Assembly (NCBI GenBank): GCA_002633005.1
Contig: NMRA01000236.1
Location: 279,030-343,029, forward strand
Reading direction: 5' to 3'
DNA: 64,000 nt
From: Phoronis australis
Lineage: Eukaryota; Animalia; Phoronida
Position numbers and translations under genes: made by a program. Numbering within the stretch: position 1 is the stretch's first letter; each line of letters opens with the position of its first letter. Positions 11,457 to 24,579 of the stretch are shown piece after piece. The notes beneath the pieces were generated by a model. That model was not told the origin of the DNA. It saw only the letters and a list, made by a program, of their open reading frames with translations, and searched no databases.

Positions 11457-12657
11457 CAGTGTGTTCCATCGAAATTGGAATACCGGAGTTAAACAGGTAT
11501 CCGGGAATCGTAAATAGACCCCTGCATCTTCAAAACCGTTAACTAGACCGAAAACATGAACACCAGCGTTTAAAACATTAATTCCGAGGATAGAACCGGA
11601 AACTTGGAAAATTTTTCAAAATTTCTGAGACATCAGTAGCCTCAAACTTTAAGTTGAAGCATCTTCAATTACTTTCCAGTTGCTTTCTGAATTTGTTTGT
11701 TAAAAATTTTCAATAATAAAACGTAGGTTATTTGAGTTTTATCGGTAACACTTGGGCAACTTGTCTGTGGGCGAATTTCAACATAATTTATACTTTCAAA
11801 ACGTTATCTCGGTGTAAATTTAGTTCACTTAATTTAAGATTATTCAATACTTTCTCCAATAACATTTTCAAAAATGGGTTCGTAGATTTACTAGTACATT
11901 ATTTCCAGCACAATCAATTTCTGGGTTTTGAAATGGACCGGTAGAATTAGTCACTTAAAAGACCTGCACCGTTACCAATTTCACAGTTCCTGCCCTCAAA
12001 AAAGTGTACTTCAACTCCTCATTGATCATTAGAACGGAATCTGGAATAGCAATTTCTGAACTCTATGCATTCACACTGTTTTGGGCGGCTCACTGCTGCG
12101 AAATATGCTCTGAATTCGGTTTGCTGGTATTCAAATACTAAAAACGTGTAAATAAACGATACTAGTTCCAATAATTTGTTATGACATGTGCAAAACCTCG
12201 TGGAAGAAGAACGGTTGAAGAATTGGTGATAAAGAAACTGGCCAATAGGTAACGCAATATTTCATGGCGCCGAAAGCCGACGCAAAACATCGCACCACGT
12301 CTTAAGAAGCAGAAAAACGGTATAACGCCAACGGTCACACGTTGTTTAAAACTCTCATATAGTAAAACAACAGATCACAAAATCTACGTAAAGTAGAAAG
12401 ATTTATTTTTTTTCATCAAAATGTCAAATTGATACATGTATTATGAACAAAAATCACTGTAAAGGTATGTTCTTGAGATAAACTATGCTTGACAGAAAGT
12501 GTAGAAGTGGTGTTTCGGTTCCAGGGTGCCCTGTTCGATCTCTGGGTTTCCTGCTTTAAAGATCGGGGTTCGTATTTTTCGGGGTTATTAGCTGTTTTGA
12601 AGTTGATCCGGGATATCTGTTTTGAAACCGGGGTTCCAATTTCGATGGAACACCATG
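11457..12657. mobile_element. Non-autonomous TIR element (~1.2 kb)
   Basis: GTGTTCCATCGAAATTGGAA... at 11461 and its reverse complement ending near 12653. The imperfect inverted repeat extends at least about 50 bp. Confidence 0.65.
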
Positions 12658-12664
12658 AAACATA

Positions 12665-12923
12665 GGGGGACCGTTTCAAGACACTGACTGAAGTTCATTA
12701 ATGACTTAAGTCTAAAAATTGTCTCTACTTACAGACTTTGAAACGCCCACATCCGACACGTTAAGTCAAAATTTAGACAAAGCTTACATGTAAGTCAAAA
12801 ACTTAACTCCAAACTCAAGATCTCTTTTTCGAAATGGACTTGGAACAAGTTTAAGTTTTGGTTTAAGATCGACTGAAATTTAAGATTTGTCTTATTTAAA
12901 TCAGTTTCCTTGAAACGGGCCTC
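12665..12923. mobile_element. PIF/Harbinger-like MITE
   Basis: Inverted termini GGGGGACCGTTTCAAG..ACTGA and TCAGT..CTTGAAACGGGCCTC, with internal ACTTAAGT-type subrepeats. Confidence 0.55.
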
Positions 12924-13683
12924 GGGACTTTTTCCGAAGCTACAGTGAAGATTTAAAAATTGTCGTTTTCAGGTCAGCTTGCAATATATATTATTTCTAA
13001 ATAATATGAGCTAGTAAAAAGCTGCCTAAACGGTGGGTTGCTTGGTCCGCGTTTTCAGTCGTGTGGATAAGCGGAAAAGCAACTTTCGAAAGAGCTGACG
13101 TCACAATGATGTTACAGTATTTGTTTGAAAGAAGACATTTTTGAGAACGCAAAGAAAAAGTTGCGTTTTACTAAGGATAGCTGGCATATTCGTGTGAACT
13201 GACAGAGAACTTTTCGAAGAGGACCTGAAAATGCAATCACATGGACATAGATTTGAAAACGATACAGAAACAACGCTTGTGTGAGCGCGTAGGCGGTACT
13301 TATGGGCACGGGTTATCACAATGGGTATACGAATCAACCCCACAAAGAAATGTAACCTATAAACTTAACAGGACGAAAGTGACCTCACGCTCTTCAAATG
13401 AAAACCTTACAGTTACACATTTCATTGCAGTTTGATGTCAACATTTCATTGCTGTATGATATGTCAAACCTACTGAACATGAAGTAGCGTGCACACATTA
13501 CTTGGTGACCTACAATTGTGTGATGTCATAGTGAAATTCAGCGCGTCATAATTGTGTACTATGCAAATGTTTTGTGCAGTATGCGTTCAGTGTCTAATCC
13601 ATATGCTATGTGATGGACAACGACTCACATTTGATGTCAGTCAGAAGTTTAGAATCGCAGTTTTTCCCTTAATTGTGGTGAAG

Positions 13684-16600
13684 ATGGGGAAGAAAAAGAA
13701 TGCTGCAATAGTCCAACTTGTGCTAGGAATACTGTCACTTGTAACTGGCTTGGTAATAATGTTCTGTTACCTACTATTCCCGGCAGGTACGTCAGAATGA
13801 AATTCTTATTTGGAATCACAGGCCCATCAAGGCATCATCACCGAACAAAATCTGTGAATATCTTCTTTCACCTGGTCACATCAAATTGCCTTCGAGTTGT
13901 GACTATACCACAAAAATGTCAAAAAACAACACCAAAACCACAAATTCAAGAAAGCTATTTTGTGACGTTCGTGGCAATCGACCTTTGTGCACATCCTAAT
14001 TTGTCACGGACGCTCCCGAAGCAATTCCGAAGCTCTGTTTTCGCACGTCCACGAATGTTATTTGAGTTTCCTCCGCATTGGTTTCGTGTCAGTTTGAATG
14101 CTTTTAAACTCTGGTTTTGAAAAATAACGATGCTTACATGTATAATCAAAGAACTACGGGTTGCTGCCTACAAACGTAAGCCTACTACGAAATCCGGTGA
14201 TTTCCCGCATTGAACGTGCAGCCAGACATCGGAAATTTCTGCCAAAACCCTAGCCTTGGTACAAAGCTGTATACTAAATATACAGCTGTGCGTCGATGTG
14301 GGTAAAAAGTGTTAAGATAAAATCTGAATAACACAAAATTAGTGTCATTAAAAACAACAGTCTTCCTTGAGTAAACTAAATTATTTAACGGTGTTGGAAA
14401 AAATGGCGTTCTACCGTTATTCTGCTGCTAAATTTGTGGAGGGATCTTCTGCGTCCGTTTTTCGCCAATTCTTCAATGAAGTGTCGTTTTTTAACGAGGT
14501 GGCGTACACGTCACAACAAATTATTGGAACTGGTTTCACTTCATTATAAGGTTTTAGAATTTCGATACCAAAAAAAAAGATTTTCAGAACAAATTTTGTT
14601 GCTGCAAAGTTGTTGCACAAATTTAGGAAATGGCGCGTGCGCGTGACGCGAGCGTATTGTTTTCAAAACGACAACATACTTTTCATTGTTACAAAAAGTC
14701 GAGAATGACACAAGAGAATGGCGTTTGTTGAATTGCTTTTCATTTAAACTGTTGTAACGGGCAAGGTGAGCGTCGGTTGATTCTGCATGCACCAGGTCCA
14801 GTCGACCTTTAGCTCTACATGTTGATACAGATTTCACGGCGGGCTGAGAATTACCCTGGCTGTGTGTCTACGGAAGAAAAACACACAGTGGTACCTAGCT
14901 GTATTTTGACGATAGTCTTTCATACAGCTAGCTGGCTGGCTTGATGATAGTCTTCATAAAGTTAGCTGGCTGGCTAGCTGGCTACCAAAAAACCAAGCGT
15001 TCGTTGTGCTTCAACTACATACTGACAAGATCAAAGACAAGATACTCCAGTTCTTGCAATTAAATTCTAGATTAAGGGATAAAATGAACTAAAGAAGAAG
15101 TAAAATACACAGAAGTGGAAGGCTAATTTTAGCAACATCTGGGGACAAATTTCTTGACTTAAACAAAAGGCTTGCTTGCTCTAACTCGAAATTCTATCCT
15201 AAACAGGCGTGCACGTTAAAAGACAACTGAAATCCGCCATTGTAACCATTAAGCCTCTTTGAATTCAGAGTTTTCTGATTGTTTTTGAAAATCCGTCGCC
15301 AACTCACAATTTAATAGGATCAGGGGAAGACAAAGCTTCAGAGGTTTACGCAATACCAGTTTGAGAGTGGTGCACGCAGATTTCATTTGGATTTGGGACA
15401 GTTGAAAATGGGAGCCTATGCTCGGCAGTTTTACTCTCCAACCTTTATGTTTTTATATTGTGAATCATCGGGAAATTCGTCGGCCTGTGTTTGGAATCTT
15501 AAAATCAAGATACGTTGAATATAATTTTACCATCTCTTCGGAGATTACAAACCACTAGCCAATATACCTAGCATGTATGTACATGTACCTAGTCGATAAA
15601 CCATTAAACACGCAGGCTTGGAAGTCCGTACATCGAAAGCGTAGAATTAAGTGGCAAACATAAGTGGCGTACATAAGATACTCGAATTAAACATCAACTA
15701 AGCCTCCACACGTCGAAATTGCGATCGCGTAAACACATTTATACCACAATATTAGCGTCAAATGGCAGATACAACCGTGTAATAACCCATAAAGTTATCT
15801 CACTAGTGAGATAACGATTTGGCGGGAAACCGAGGACGGAGTCGAACCCAGGACCTTGAGTTTGATGGTCGCCGACCTTAACCACTACACCACGCAGCGG
15901 CTGACGTCATCAAGAGTGAAAATAGAATACTTAAATGAGCACGCGCAATAATCGCACGTTCAACAAACCGCATTGTACTGTACTTACACGCTACGAAAAA
16001 TAAGACACATAATTTCCATAAAAACGATATCTTAATTCAGTGAAATTTTTCTCTCATGTCCTCTTACTTGTAAATCACCGATCTCCAGTTTGAATGCGGG
16101 TATCGTGTCGTCAGGATCTTTGACTTGAGAATTATATTCAGTTACCAGTGGTAACCTACTTTAGCAGACGATAATTTCCCGGTCGAAGCTTAGCGTGAAA
16201 AAAACGTGTTTTAAGCTATAATAGTTGGTAAACCTTAATTTATAAATTCAGTTTATTTCTATTATATTTAAGTTTTCAATTGGTTTTGAGTAAAAGCATT
16301 ATTTGACAAAAATAGCCGGCTTTTCTTAAAAGGTCACGACCTCCGACCCCGGGCCTCTGACATAGAAAGTAGTTACAAAGCCGTGGAGAGTCAGAAAAGG
16401 TAAATCGATTCATTGCAATGTTTCTCGTTTAGTATGTGGTATAAATAGATTATTACATGTTCTCAGCCGTTATCCCCCTTATCTAGAGCCCTCGTGGATT
16501 TTGGAGAATTATCACCCTCGGGGCTAACGCCCCTCGGGCGATAATTCACCAAAATCCACTCGGGCTCTAGATAACGTGGGATAACGACTTCGCCATGTAA

Positions 16601-19600
16601 TAATCTATATTTATCTGCTGAATTGCACTGAAATCAAGCCCTTCGAAAGAACTTATTCACTAAAAGATTCGACCGACTTTTTATTATTCGCTTGTCACTC
16701 CGTCATTTGCATTTTGTGAACGCGTGAACTGAATCATTCACTGATTGGCTGGCGTTCATTTCACAAATAGAATTGAGAACTGAAGACGCATGTTGAACCT
16801 TCAGTTCTGTTTTAACTGGGTATTAGCTATAAATATTTTAGCCTTGGTAAAAAACTTTATGAACATGTATGTTGACGCCTGTCTACATGTACATACACAA
16901 CTTGCTAGATGGCCAAGTGCAACATTGATTTTCAGCAAACGAACGGGACTAGTTAAAGCGGCATTTTCCGCTGTGTAGCTGTCAGTGCAAAATTTTAAAC
17001 GAAGCGCAATGCTACCGTGCGCCATTTTTAAATTCGCAATTTTAGGATTGGTCACCGCCACTAAACTCTGAAACGTTTTGTTGAGTGGTTCATTGTTGAC
17101 TTCGATGTTCTTGTTCGAAAACAGCAACCCTATCATGGTAGCCAGTCATCTATATGTGTTATGGCTGACGTCAAAACACAGCTTTTCACTAAGGTCACGA
17201 TATAATGTATTAGAACAAGACAGGGCATAATATAACCAGCCAGCTAGCTTCATGAAGACTATCGTCAAATTACAGTTAGGTACCACTTAGCCTTGGCGCA
17301 AAGCTGTACACTAAATATACAGCTTTGCGCTGAAGTGGGTAAAAAACCAGCCAGATAAAATCTGACACAAAATTACTTTCATTAAAAACTAAAGTCTTCC
17401 TTGAGAAAATTAAATTAGTTAACGGTGTTGGAAAAATGGCGTTCTACTGTTATTCTGCTGCTTAAGTTGTGGCGCGATCTTTTGCGTCGGCTTTCGGCGC
17501 CATGAAATATTGCCTCACCCATTGGTCATTTTTTTCGCCGATTCTGCAATCAACTTCGATTTCTCACGACGTTGCGTATACTTAAATGCAATAAAACAAT
17601 TTAGGGCATAACAGCATTATACTACACCGTGATGTCGCGCACGCACAATTTCCTAAATTCTTTGCGAGATCTCTCGGGAGATGATGACAGGTTCACAACA
17701 GCAAAATTTGATTTGAAATTCGGTTTGCTGGTATCAAAATTTTAAAAACTTATAATTAAGTGAAACCAGTTCCGATAATTTGTTGTGAACGTATACGCAA
17801 CCTTGTGAAAGAAAAGCAGATGATTGAAGAATTGGCGAAATCAGAAACTAACCAATAGGTGACGCTATATTTCACGGCGCCTAAAGCCAACGGAAAAGAC
17901 CGCTCCACAAATTCAACACCGGTAAATAATTTAGTTTTTTCAAGGACGAGTGTAGGTTTTAGTGACACTAATTTTTGTCTCATTTTATTTTGTCAGTTTT
18001 TTACCCACATCGGCATAATACAACTCAGCCGTGATACAAAACTACTGACTGTTTTGACGACTGTCTAAATTGAGCTATCTGGCTAGCAATAGCTATTTAA
18101 TCTAAATGTACAAATAGAAAATTCAGAACGTAACGTCTTTTAACGTACTCTTTTCTCACATAGCACTTCATTTGAACCTGAGACTGGTCTGACGTACCTT
18201 GCGTGACAAGTGCATGTCCTACCTAACAAAAACTACAATCATCCTCCGTTCAAACTTTCAGGAGAGGAGAAACATATACCCTTTTCGTAATGGTGGTGAG
18301 CGTAAAATTAATACATGTAGTCCTCAATTGTGTTTTCCAGATGGTTTAGCCGCGGATGAACGGGCGATATACACTGCTTACGTTGCGTCCCCAATCTACT
18401 GTAGTATCTGTCCTTTCATGGCTGCGATTATTGGTGTGTGCGCAGGCAAAACGGGCACTACTTGCAATGTATGTGGTTTTTACGTATTCACCAGTATGCA
18501 CTGAAGCACTCCTGAAGACTGTTGCAGTCTGCCTGTTTTCTGGAAATGTGTACAGCCAGTTCTCTTTTTGTGACGATTTTAATGAACGGAATTAAAATTC
18601 TCTTTCTGCTTGCTTTTTGTTGGAAACTTCAACAATCAAATTTTACCTCCAGTCAATTTTGTCAAGTCTTATTTCTCATAAGTTGTGCTTTCTCATCATG
18701 ACATTTATTTTTTCAAAATACACACCTTTTAAAAGGAACACTATCTGCTTTATGTACAAAACGCATTTTGAACTTATTTTATTTATTTACTATTATTATT
18801 TAAGTGTGATAGACTTCTTGAAGTTATTATCTTCGACCGAATCGTCAATTCTCGTCGCTGTCTGCCACAATGTTTAAAATACTCAGCCCCGCCAGCAGAA
18901 TTGCGTTAGACTGTACCGAGCGTGGGATCGCAGGTTCGATTCTGCGCTGAGGTTGATCAAAGAAAATTACTTTCCTTTCCAATAATGTCCCTTTAAATGA
19001 ATATCCGGTGGCGCACCAACAAAATTGTCGTCATAATGCACAGCGCCAAACTCCACATTACTTCTAACACACTATAGGGTTGCAATTCTGGAAACGTTGT
19101 TATTCCAGTGATTTATTTCGATTGCTGAGGATCATTTTGTGTTATAAGCTGGTAAAAATGAAGGACAAATATTTCATTTTCATCACAATAGTGCAAAGTG
19201 TAAATGACGGCCAAGTCCTTTGGTATTTTTGTTCAGTATTCTCCACTGACATTCATTCTCCCCTGGCAAGCACCGACATGTATTGTTCATTGGCGTGTTT
19301 TCTTCACAGACATAATGATCTCAGTGACGTGTATTCGAACTTGTTGCAGAGCATTTGGGTTGTAATCTTTTCAATCTTGTCAATTGCGTCGGGTGCGGTG
19401 CAAATAGCAATGTGTGCAGTGTTCGGTGCAGTTATGGGTGGGGTAAGTAAATCAGTTGTTTTTGCAATACATCCTTCATATTAAGGGGCCTACTCTCAAA
19501 AGGATCCTAACTGCATGGGTGGCGCATCATGGGGGCGGGGGGGGGGGCTATAGCCCCCACTTACTTCAGTGCTGTGCCGATGATCGCTTTGCTCATCTAT

Positions 19601-22600
19601 AAATCCTACATTTTTCAATGTTCAATTCCATGGTGTGGGCGACAGATTCTCATGACGCATTTGACTATCGTCAAATTTATACCGCGTATCTTAAAACTTC
19701 TCTCGCTAATATATCCCGCATTTTTTCAGTTAGGTGATCAGTCAAAATCTGAGGTGCGTGGTATCACCATTGGACTATTCTGCGGAATGGGTCTCGGTCT
19801 TTTTTCGTTCTTTACCGCCCTCGCTTACATTTCTATCACGTGCTGCTGCCCAGGGGATAGCCTGCCGGAAAATTACGCAGAAGTACGCCTTAACGTGAAA
19901 GAACTATTGGCTAATAAGGTGAGACAGTGGTACATGTGTAACACAGCACCACACGTTCCAAACACCGTAACACCATTCAAGAGTCTATTAAATGCAAGTC
20001 GTTACATGCTTGCAGCTCACTGTAATCTATTACTACAATACATTATACACCGTAACAATCTTCAAAGAGTCCTACATGCGTGTTACAGTGCCCACAACTA
20101 GACGGTCTTTTCTTTGAACAACGAGAAGTCGCGAGACCTAAGAGTTCTGGGATAGCGGTACTTTTATCTGAGGCTGCCATGTTGTAAATTCAGCGCGAAA
20201 TACAGATTGCCGCTAATCTCGAAGCTGAATATAAGCCACAATCTTGGCAACAAGAGTAAACATCGACCTGATCCTGTAACACGCATGTAGGACTCGTTGA
20301 AGATTGTTACGGTGTATAATGCATTGTAGTAATATATTACAGTGAGCTGCAAGCATGTAACGGCTTGCATTTAATAGACTCTTGAATGGTGCTACGGCGT
20401 TTGGAATGGGTGTGGGTGAAGACAGTCATTTGCAGACCTCCCGCATCATTTTGAGAACCGCCTTTCTCTACTGGATACCGGCTGGGCATAAAACTGGCAC
20501 TCAAAATCCGGGAGCACTGGAAGTGATTATTGTCGATGGGCCTATTCGACGCGGTTTCGCTGCTGTACTAGTGGTGATTGAATTGCGCATGCGATGCTGT
20601 CTGCATGTAAACAGCTGGTAAAAGGACGGAATTGTCATCAAAATACGGCGTCGCGCTAAGCCTTATTATTGCTATTTTCTCGGGTGCAACTTTTCGACAG
20701 GTGGTCACAAAATCCCCAAAAGACCTAAAGTTACTACAGGCGTGGAGAATTGCGGTCTAAAGGGTCAACCAATTGACAAAAAGTGTCTGGATGCCGAAGT
20801 CTTACGCCCGTGTATGCGCTCTATGCATTTACATTGAGAGACTATAATCACTAACCGGAGGTTACTTGGTAAGTTTTTAGCAATTGAGTTTCAATCGGCA
20901 TCGCTCAGTGATGTTATCCCCACCGGTTTCCCAATGAATAACGGGTTTATTCAGTGGAACTAAGTGTTTCTATTCAGAAACTCACCCGGGACCCGGATGG
21001 TAGGCTAGCAACCCGTATCCACATATTGTCCTGGCTGGGAATACTCCCAATACAAGAGGTGTATAGAACGTGCCGCTCAGAAGCCAAGGGTGACTTTTTT
21101 ACATCAGTTACTTTACAAAACAATACTATAAAATTCTCTAGATGAGTGAGTTTCCTTATTTTATAGCGGACCCCACCTCCAGGACTACCAGAACATGAAT
21201 GAGCTATTCTGTAAATTCGTAACATTGCATTGGAATAAATATTGACGCCTAAAATTAATTTTTACGCGCCCACATATTTATATGTGGACGCATTATGCCG
21301 TCATCTTCGTCCGTCAGTCAGTCCTTCCGTCCGGGTCCGTCCGGCGTCCAGCGTCCGCTGCTGTATCTCCAAAACGCCTTGACTTACAGTATAATCATGA
21401 AATTTTGCACATGTGTTCCTTCCGTGGATGGGACGGCATGAGCGAACTTTCGGACGGACCTGACTACAGGTGTGCCACTTAATGGCAAGTTTATTTTTTA
21501 CGTTTACCTCTGTATGTTCAAAGGTCCTCAACGTATTTTCATGAAATTCGGTACATAGGCACCTATTAGTGAGATAACGCTATCCTCCCGTTTTCAGATG
21601 GATTTGACGTAGTTTGCGTCACTTAGTGGCCATTTTTACTGTTTTCGAGTCTGTTTTTTGCGTTCACCATTCTATCAACCAAACCGCTCGAAGGATGATT
21701 GTGAAAATTGGCATGCATGTTCTTACTATGAAGTGGAGGGCTGCACGATGATTTTCCGACGACTTTGACCTCTGTGGCGCCTCCTAGTGTCAGTTTTGTT
21801 TTTTTGTGGCTGTATCTCCTAAATCGTGAGCAGGATCTTTACTAAATTTAGTAAATGTATTTATATGGTGTTAACAACGGAGGACGACGACTTTCAGACG
21901 GATCTGACTACAGGTGTGCCACTTAGTGGCAATTTTATTTTTTTACATTTACCTCTGTATGTTCAAAGGTCCTCAACGTATTTTCATAAAATTTGGCATA
22001 CAGGCAATCTGTTAATGAGTTGACGCTATCACTCCGTTTTCATATGGATTCGACATAGTTTGCGCCACCTAGTGGCCATTTTTACTGTTTTCGAGTCTGC
22101 TTTTGGAGTCCACTCGTCTATCACCCAAACCACTTTCAGGTTAATTGTAAAAATATGCATGTATGTTTTTACTATAAAGTGGACGGCTGACGACGATTTT
22201 ACAAGTTCGACTACTGTGGCGCCACCTAGTGGCAGTGTTGTTTTTTTGCGCTCATGGCTGTATCTATTAAACTGTTTGGAGGATTTTTACTTAATTTAGC
22301 AAGTGCATTTATATGATGTTGACAATAGACTTTTGTACGGATCTGACTACTGGTGTGCCCCTAGTGGCAGTTTTAGATTTTTACGTTTACCAGTCCATAA
22401 CGTAGAATTGTCGTGAGGACTTGACAGGGACCTCAGGGGTCTCACACTCCGCTGATTAATCCACATTATTTTGAAAACGCTTTCCCAATCACACATTGTG
22501 TGTCATAAAAGAGATAAGCATACCTACAGCTGACGTGGCAAGTAAAACTACTCTCGTTTGTCACATTGGTGTAGACTCACAGTTGAACTGTGGTTTTCTG

Positions 22601-23508
22601 TTGACCCCACTGAGACCGTCCGGAGTTGCACCATATACCAACTCCGGTGGGTCTCTCACGACGATTTAGCGTTATGTGTATCTTCAAAGGTTCTCAACAG
22701 ATTTTCATAAAATTTTGAATATAGGCCTCTATTGGCGAGATGACGCTATCATCTTGTTTTTGGATGGAATAGAGGTATTTTGCTCCACCTGGTGGCCATT
22801 TTTGCCGTTTTCAAATCTTGTTTTTGGCGTTCACCTCTCGATCAACCAAATAAACAGTTTTGAAAATTAGCACATATGTTTTCATTGTAAAGAGGACGTT
22901 TGATGATGGCGACTGACTACTGTGGCGCCTCCTAATGGTAGTTTTGTTTTGTTTTGCGCCCAAAGCTGTATCTCCAAAACCCACTGCAGGATCTTTATAA
23001 AATTTAGTAAGTGAATTTATATGTAGATAACAGATGACGACTTTCAGACGGATGGAACGGAAGCTGTGCCCACAGGCAATTTCATTTGTTCTGTTTTTTT
23101 GTTTATCTGAAGTTCCTTGAGAGATTTTCATGAAATATGACATGTTCCCGTTTTAGGATGGATTGTATGTTTTTGCGCCATCTAGTGGCCATTTTCATAA
23201 TACAAATAATTAACCCTAAAAACACACCATTTGCGATGCATTCGTGAGCGCATTTCAACGCTGTGTTGTTCTTGTATTTGTTGAGATCAGAAACACATTT
23301 TAGGTGTCATGAAAAATACACATTCTTAAATAACTTTTAGCCTGTTTCACAAGACTTGGTTACAAAGATTATTAGTTTCTACATATAAACATGAAGATGA
23401 AATGTCAAGTAAGTTCTGCCTTACGAAAGTAGTTTTGTCTTGTGTTTTCTTTCATAATTTTCTAATATTTCTCTGACTATTCTGTTACAGGTGAAAGAAA
23501 ACGACTGA
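13684..23508 (+). CDS. Small four-transmembrane protein, MS4A/CD20-like topology (164 aa, 5 exons)
   Basis: Exons 13684-13786, 18341-18468, 19350-19442, 19730-19882 and 23491-23508, all GT-AG with compatible phases (495 nt). One hydrophobic helix in each of exons 1-4, a CCC motif after TM4, ending VKEND*. Family assignment rests on topology only. Confidence 0.75.
14251..14605 (+). mobile_element. Terminal arm of TAGCC-ended foldback transposon family
   Basis: Starts TAGCCTTGGTACAAAGCTGTA, with an internal hairpin. Homologous to 17288-17580 (+), 17697-18020 (-) and about 12090-12330 (-). Confidence 0.6.
15820..15905 (-). mobile_element. tRNA-derived SINE head
   Basis: Minus strand shows A box TGGTGTAGTGGTTAAGG and B box GGGTTCGACTCC. 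No proper cloverleaf. Confidence 0.55.
16441..16614. repeat. Near-perfect ~170-bp palindrome (hairpin MITE)
   Basis: Left arm ATAGATTATTACATG...TCTAGAGCCC..GTGGATTTTGG..AATTATC mirrors GATAATT..CCAAAATCCAC..GGGCTCTAGA...CATGTAATAATCTAT. Confidence 0.85.
17288..18020. mobile_element. Foldback element with long imperfect TIRs (TAGCC terminus, possibly Academ-like)
   Basis: 17330-17580 is an inverted match to about 17790-18012. Same family as the arm at 14251. Confidence 0.6.
19947..20418. mobile_element. MITE with ~140-bp TIRs in intron 4 of the four-TM gene
   Basis: 19955-20088 and 20274-20408 are highly similar reverse complements. Confidence 0.8.
21259..23280 (+). mobile_element. Helentron/DINE-1-like non-autonomous element with internal tandem ~445-bp (3 x ~150 bp) repeats, copy 1
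   Basis: T-run start, 5' hairpin GCGCCCACATA..TATGTGGACGC, GTCC microsatellite, tandem core repeats, 3' subterminal inverted repeat GTGAGCGCAT. Confidence 0.75.
22397..22676. mobile_element. MITE nested in the Helentron-like repeat
   Basis: Inverted termini CATAACGTAGAATTGTCGTGAG and CTCACGACGATTTAGCGTTATG. The host repeat resumes in register afterwards. Confidence 0.7.
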
Positions 23509-24579
23509 AACCAGCCATCTGACCGTCTATTCTAACTTTCGACAAAGTGAAAAGCAGTTCTTCAGCAATAACCTGAGGGAATTGAACCTCTCAATTCAGA
23601 AAGTCAGCCGTTGACATCCCTGATTATGGACTCTGTTGCATTGGGAAAATTACAATTGTTTTTAACAACTAATGTTGTTCCGTTGTATGTATGTGGTTGT
23701 TCATTTTGTCATTTTGTTTTTAAATACAATGATTATTGATTATTCTCAAATCTCGTGCTTAGCAGATTCTTATCCAGCTAGCTACGATTGGAAACATATT
23801 TTGCTTGCATGTGGAACTTTTTGTTATAGACAAGTTAACACAAAACGTAAAACTGTTCAAAGGCCTCCTTAAGAAAGCTCTAAAAATAATTTCACACATA
23901 AACAAATCAAATGCAATCAAAGAGAATACTTCGTTTTGATCACCGGACATTTTATAGGTCAACAGGAAAATGACAATTCGCAAGCGTGATCGATAATCAC
24001 CTCAGCTTTATAAAGAAACAGCACAACTGCACTTCTTTAGCTTCAGTCCGTCATGTTTCTTCCAGGAAAGGAAATAAGCCATTCTTGTCCACACATGATT
24101 CATTGCCTATGCAAGGGCATCCTCACCAATGAGGCTGGCTGGTCTAACAGTCGGATATAGTTCCTCTTCACACACAAACAATCCATTGGCACATTTTCGT
24201 ATGGTAACTTAGTACTGCGATTCACGTTTCTCCAGGGGCACTGGCTGGTAGGTTGTTCCATGCAGCACTGCTGGTGTGTGGACGACATGCTGTGGGAAGA
24301 GAAATGAGTAACAAACCTTGTCTATGTTGCGGTTTGAAGTGGCCTTTAAAATGTCACTGAACCTGGAACAGATACTGAAACATAATAAATAAGTACGTCA
24401 GGTTGGGTCAAAAATGATACCCCTGTTTTTCAAAAATATGATATGGTAACTGTTTTACAATTTCACACAAAATCAAATAATTACTATTTCCAGAAATAAG
24501 GGTGTATATAATATAATAAGTACTGATTTAAATAGAACTGCGTCTTTATTTTTCATTTCTAGCCATAACAATGCTTTAA

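Noticed and set aside
15610-15645. Possible hammerhead variant CTTGGAAG..CGAAAG
   Set aside because: No stem II or stem I pairing, and the core is not conserved.
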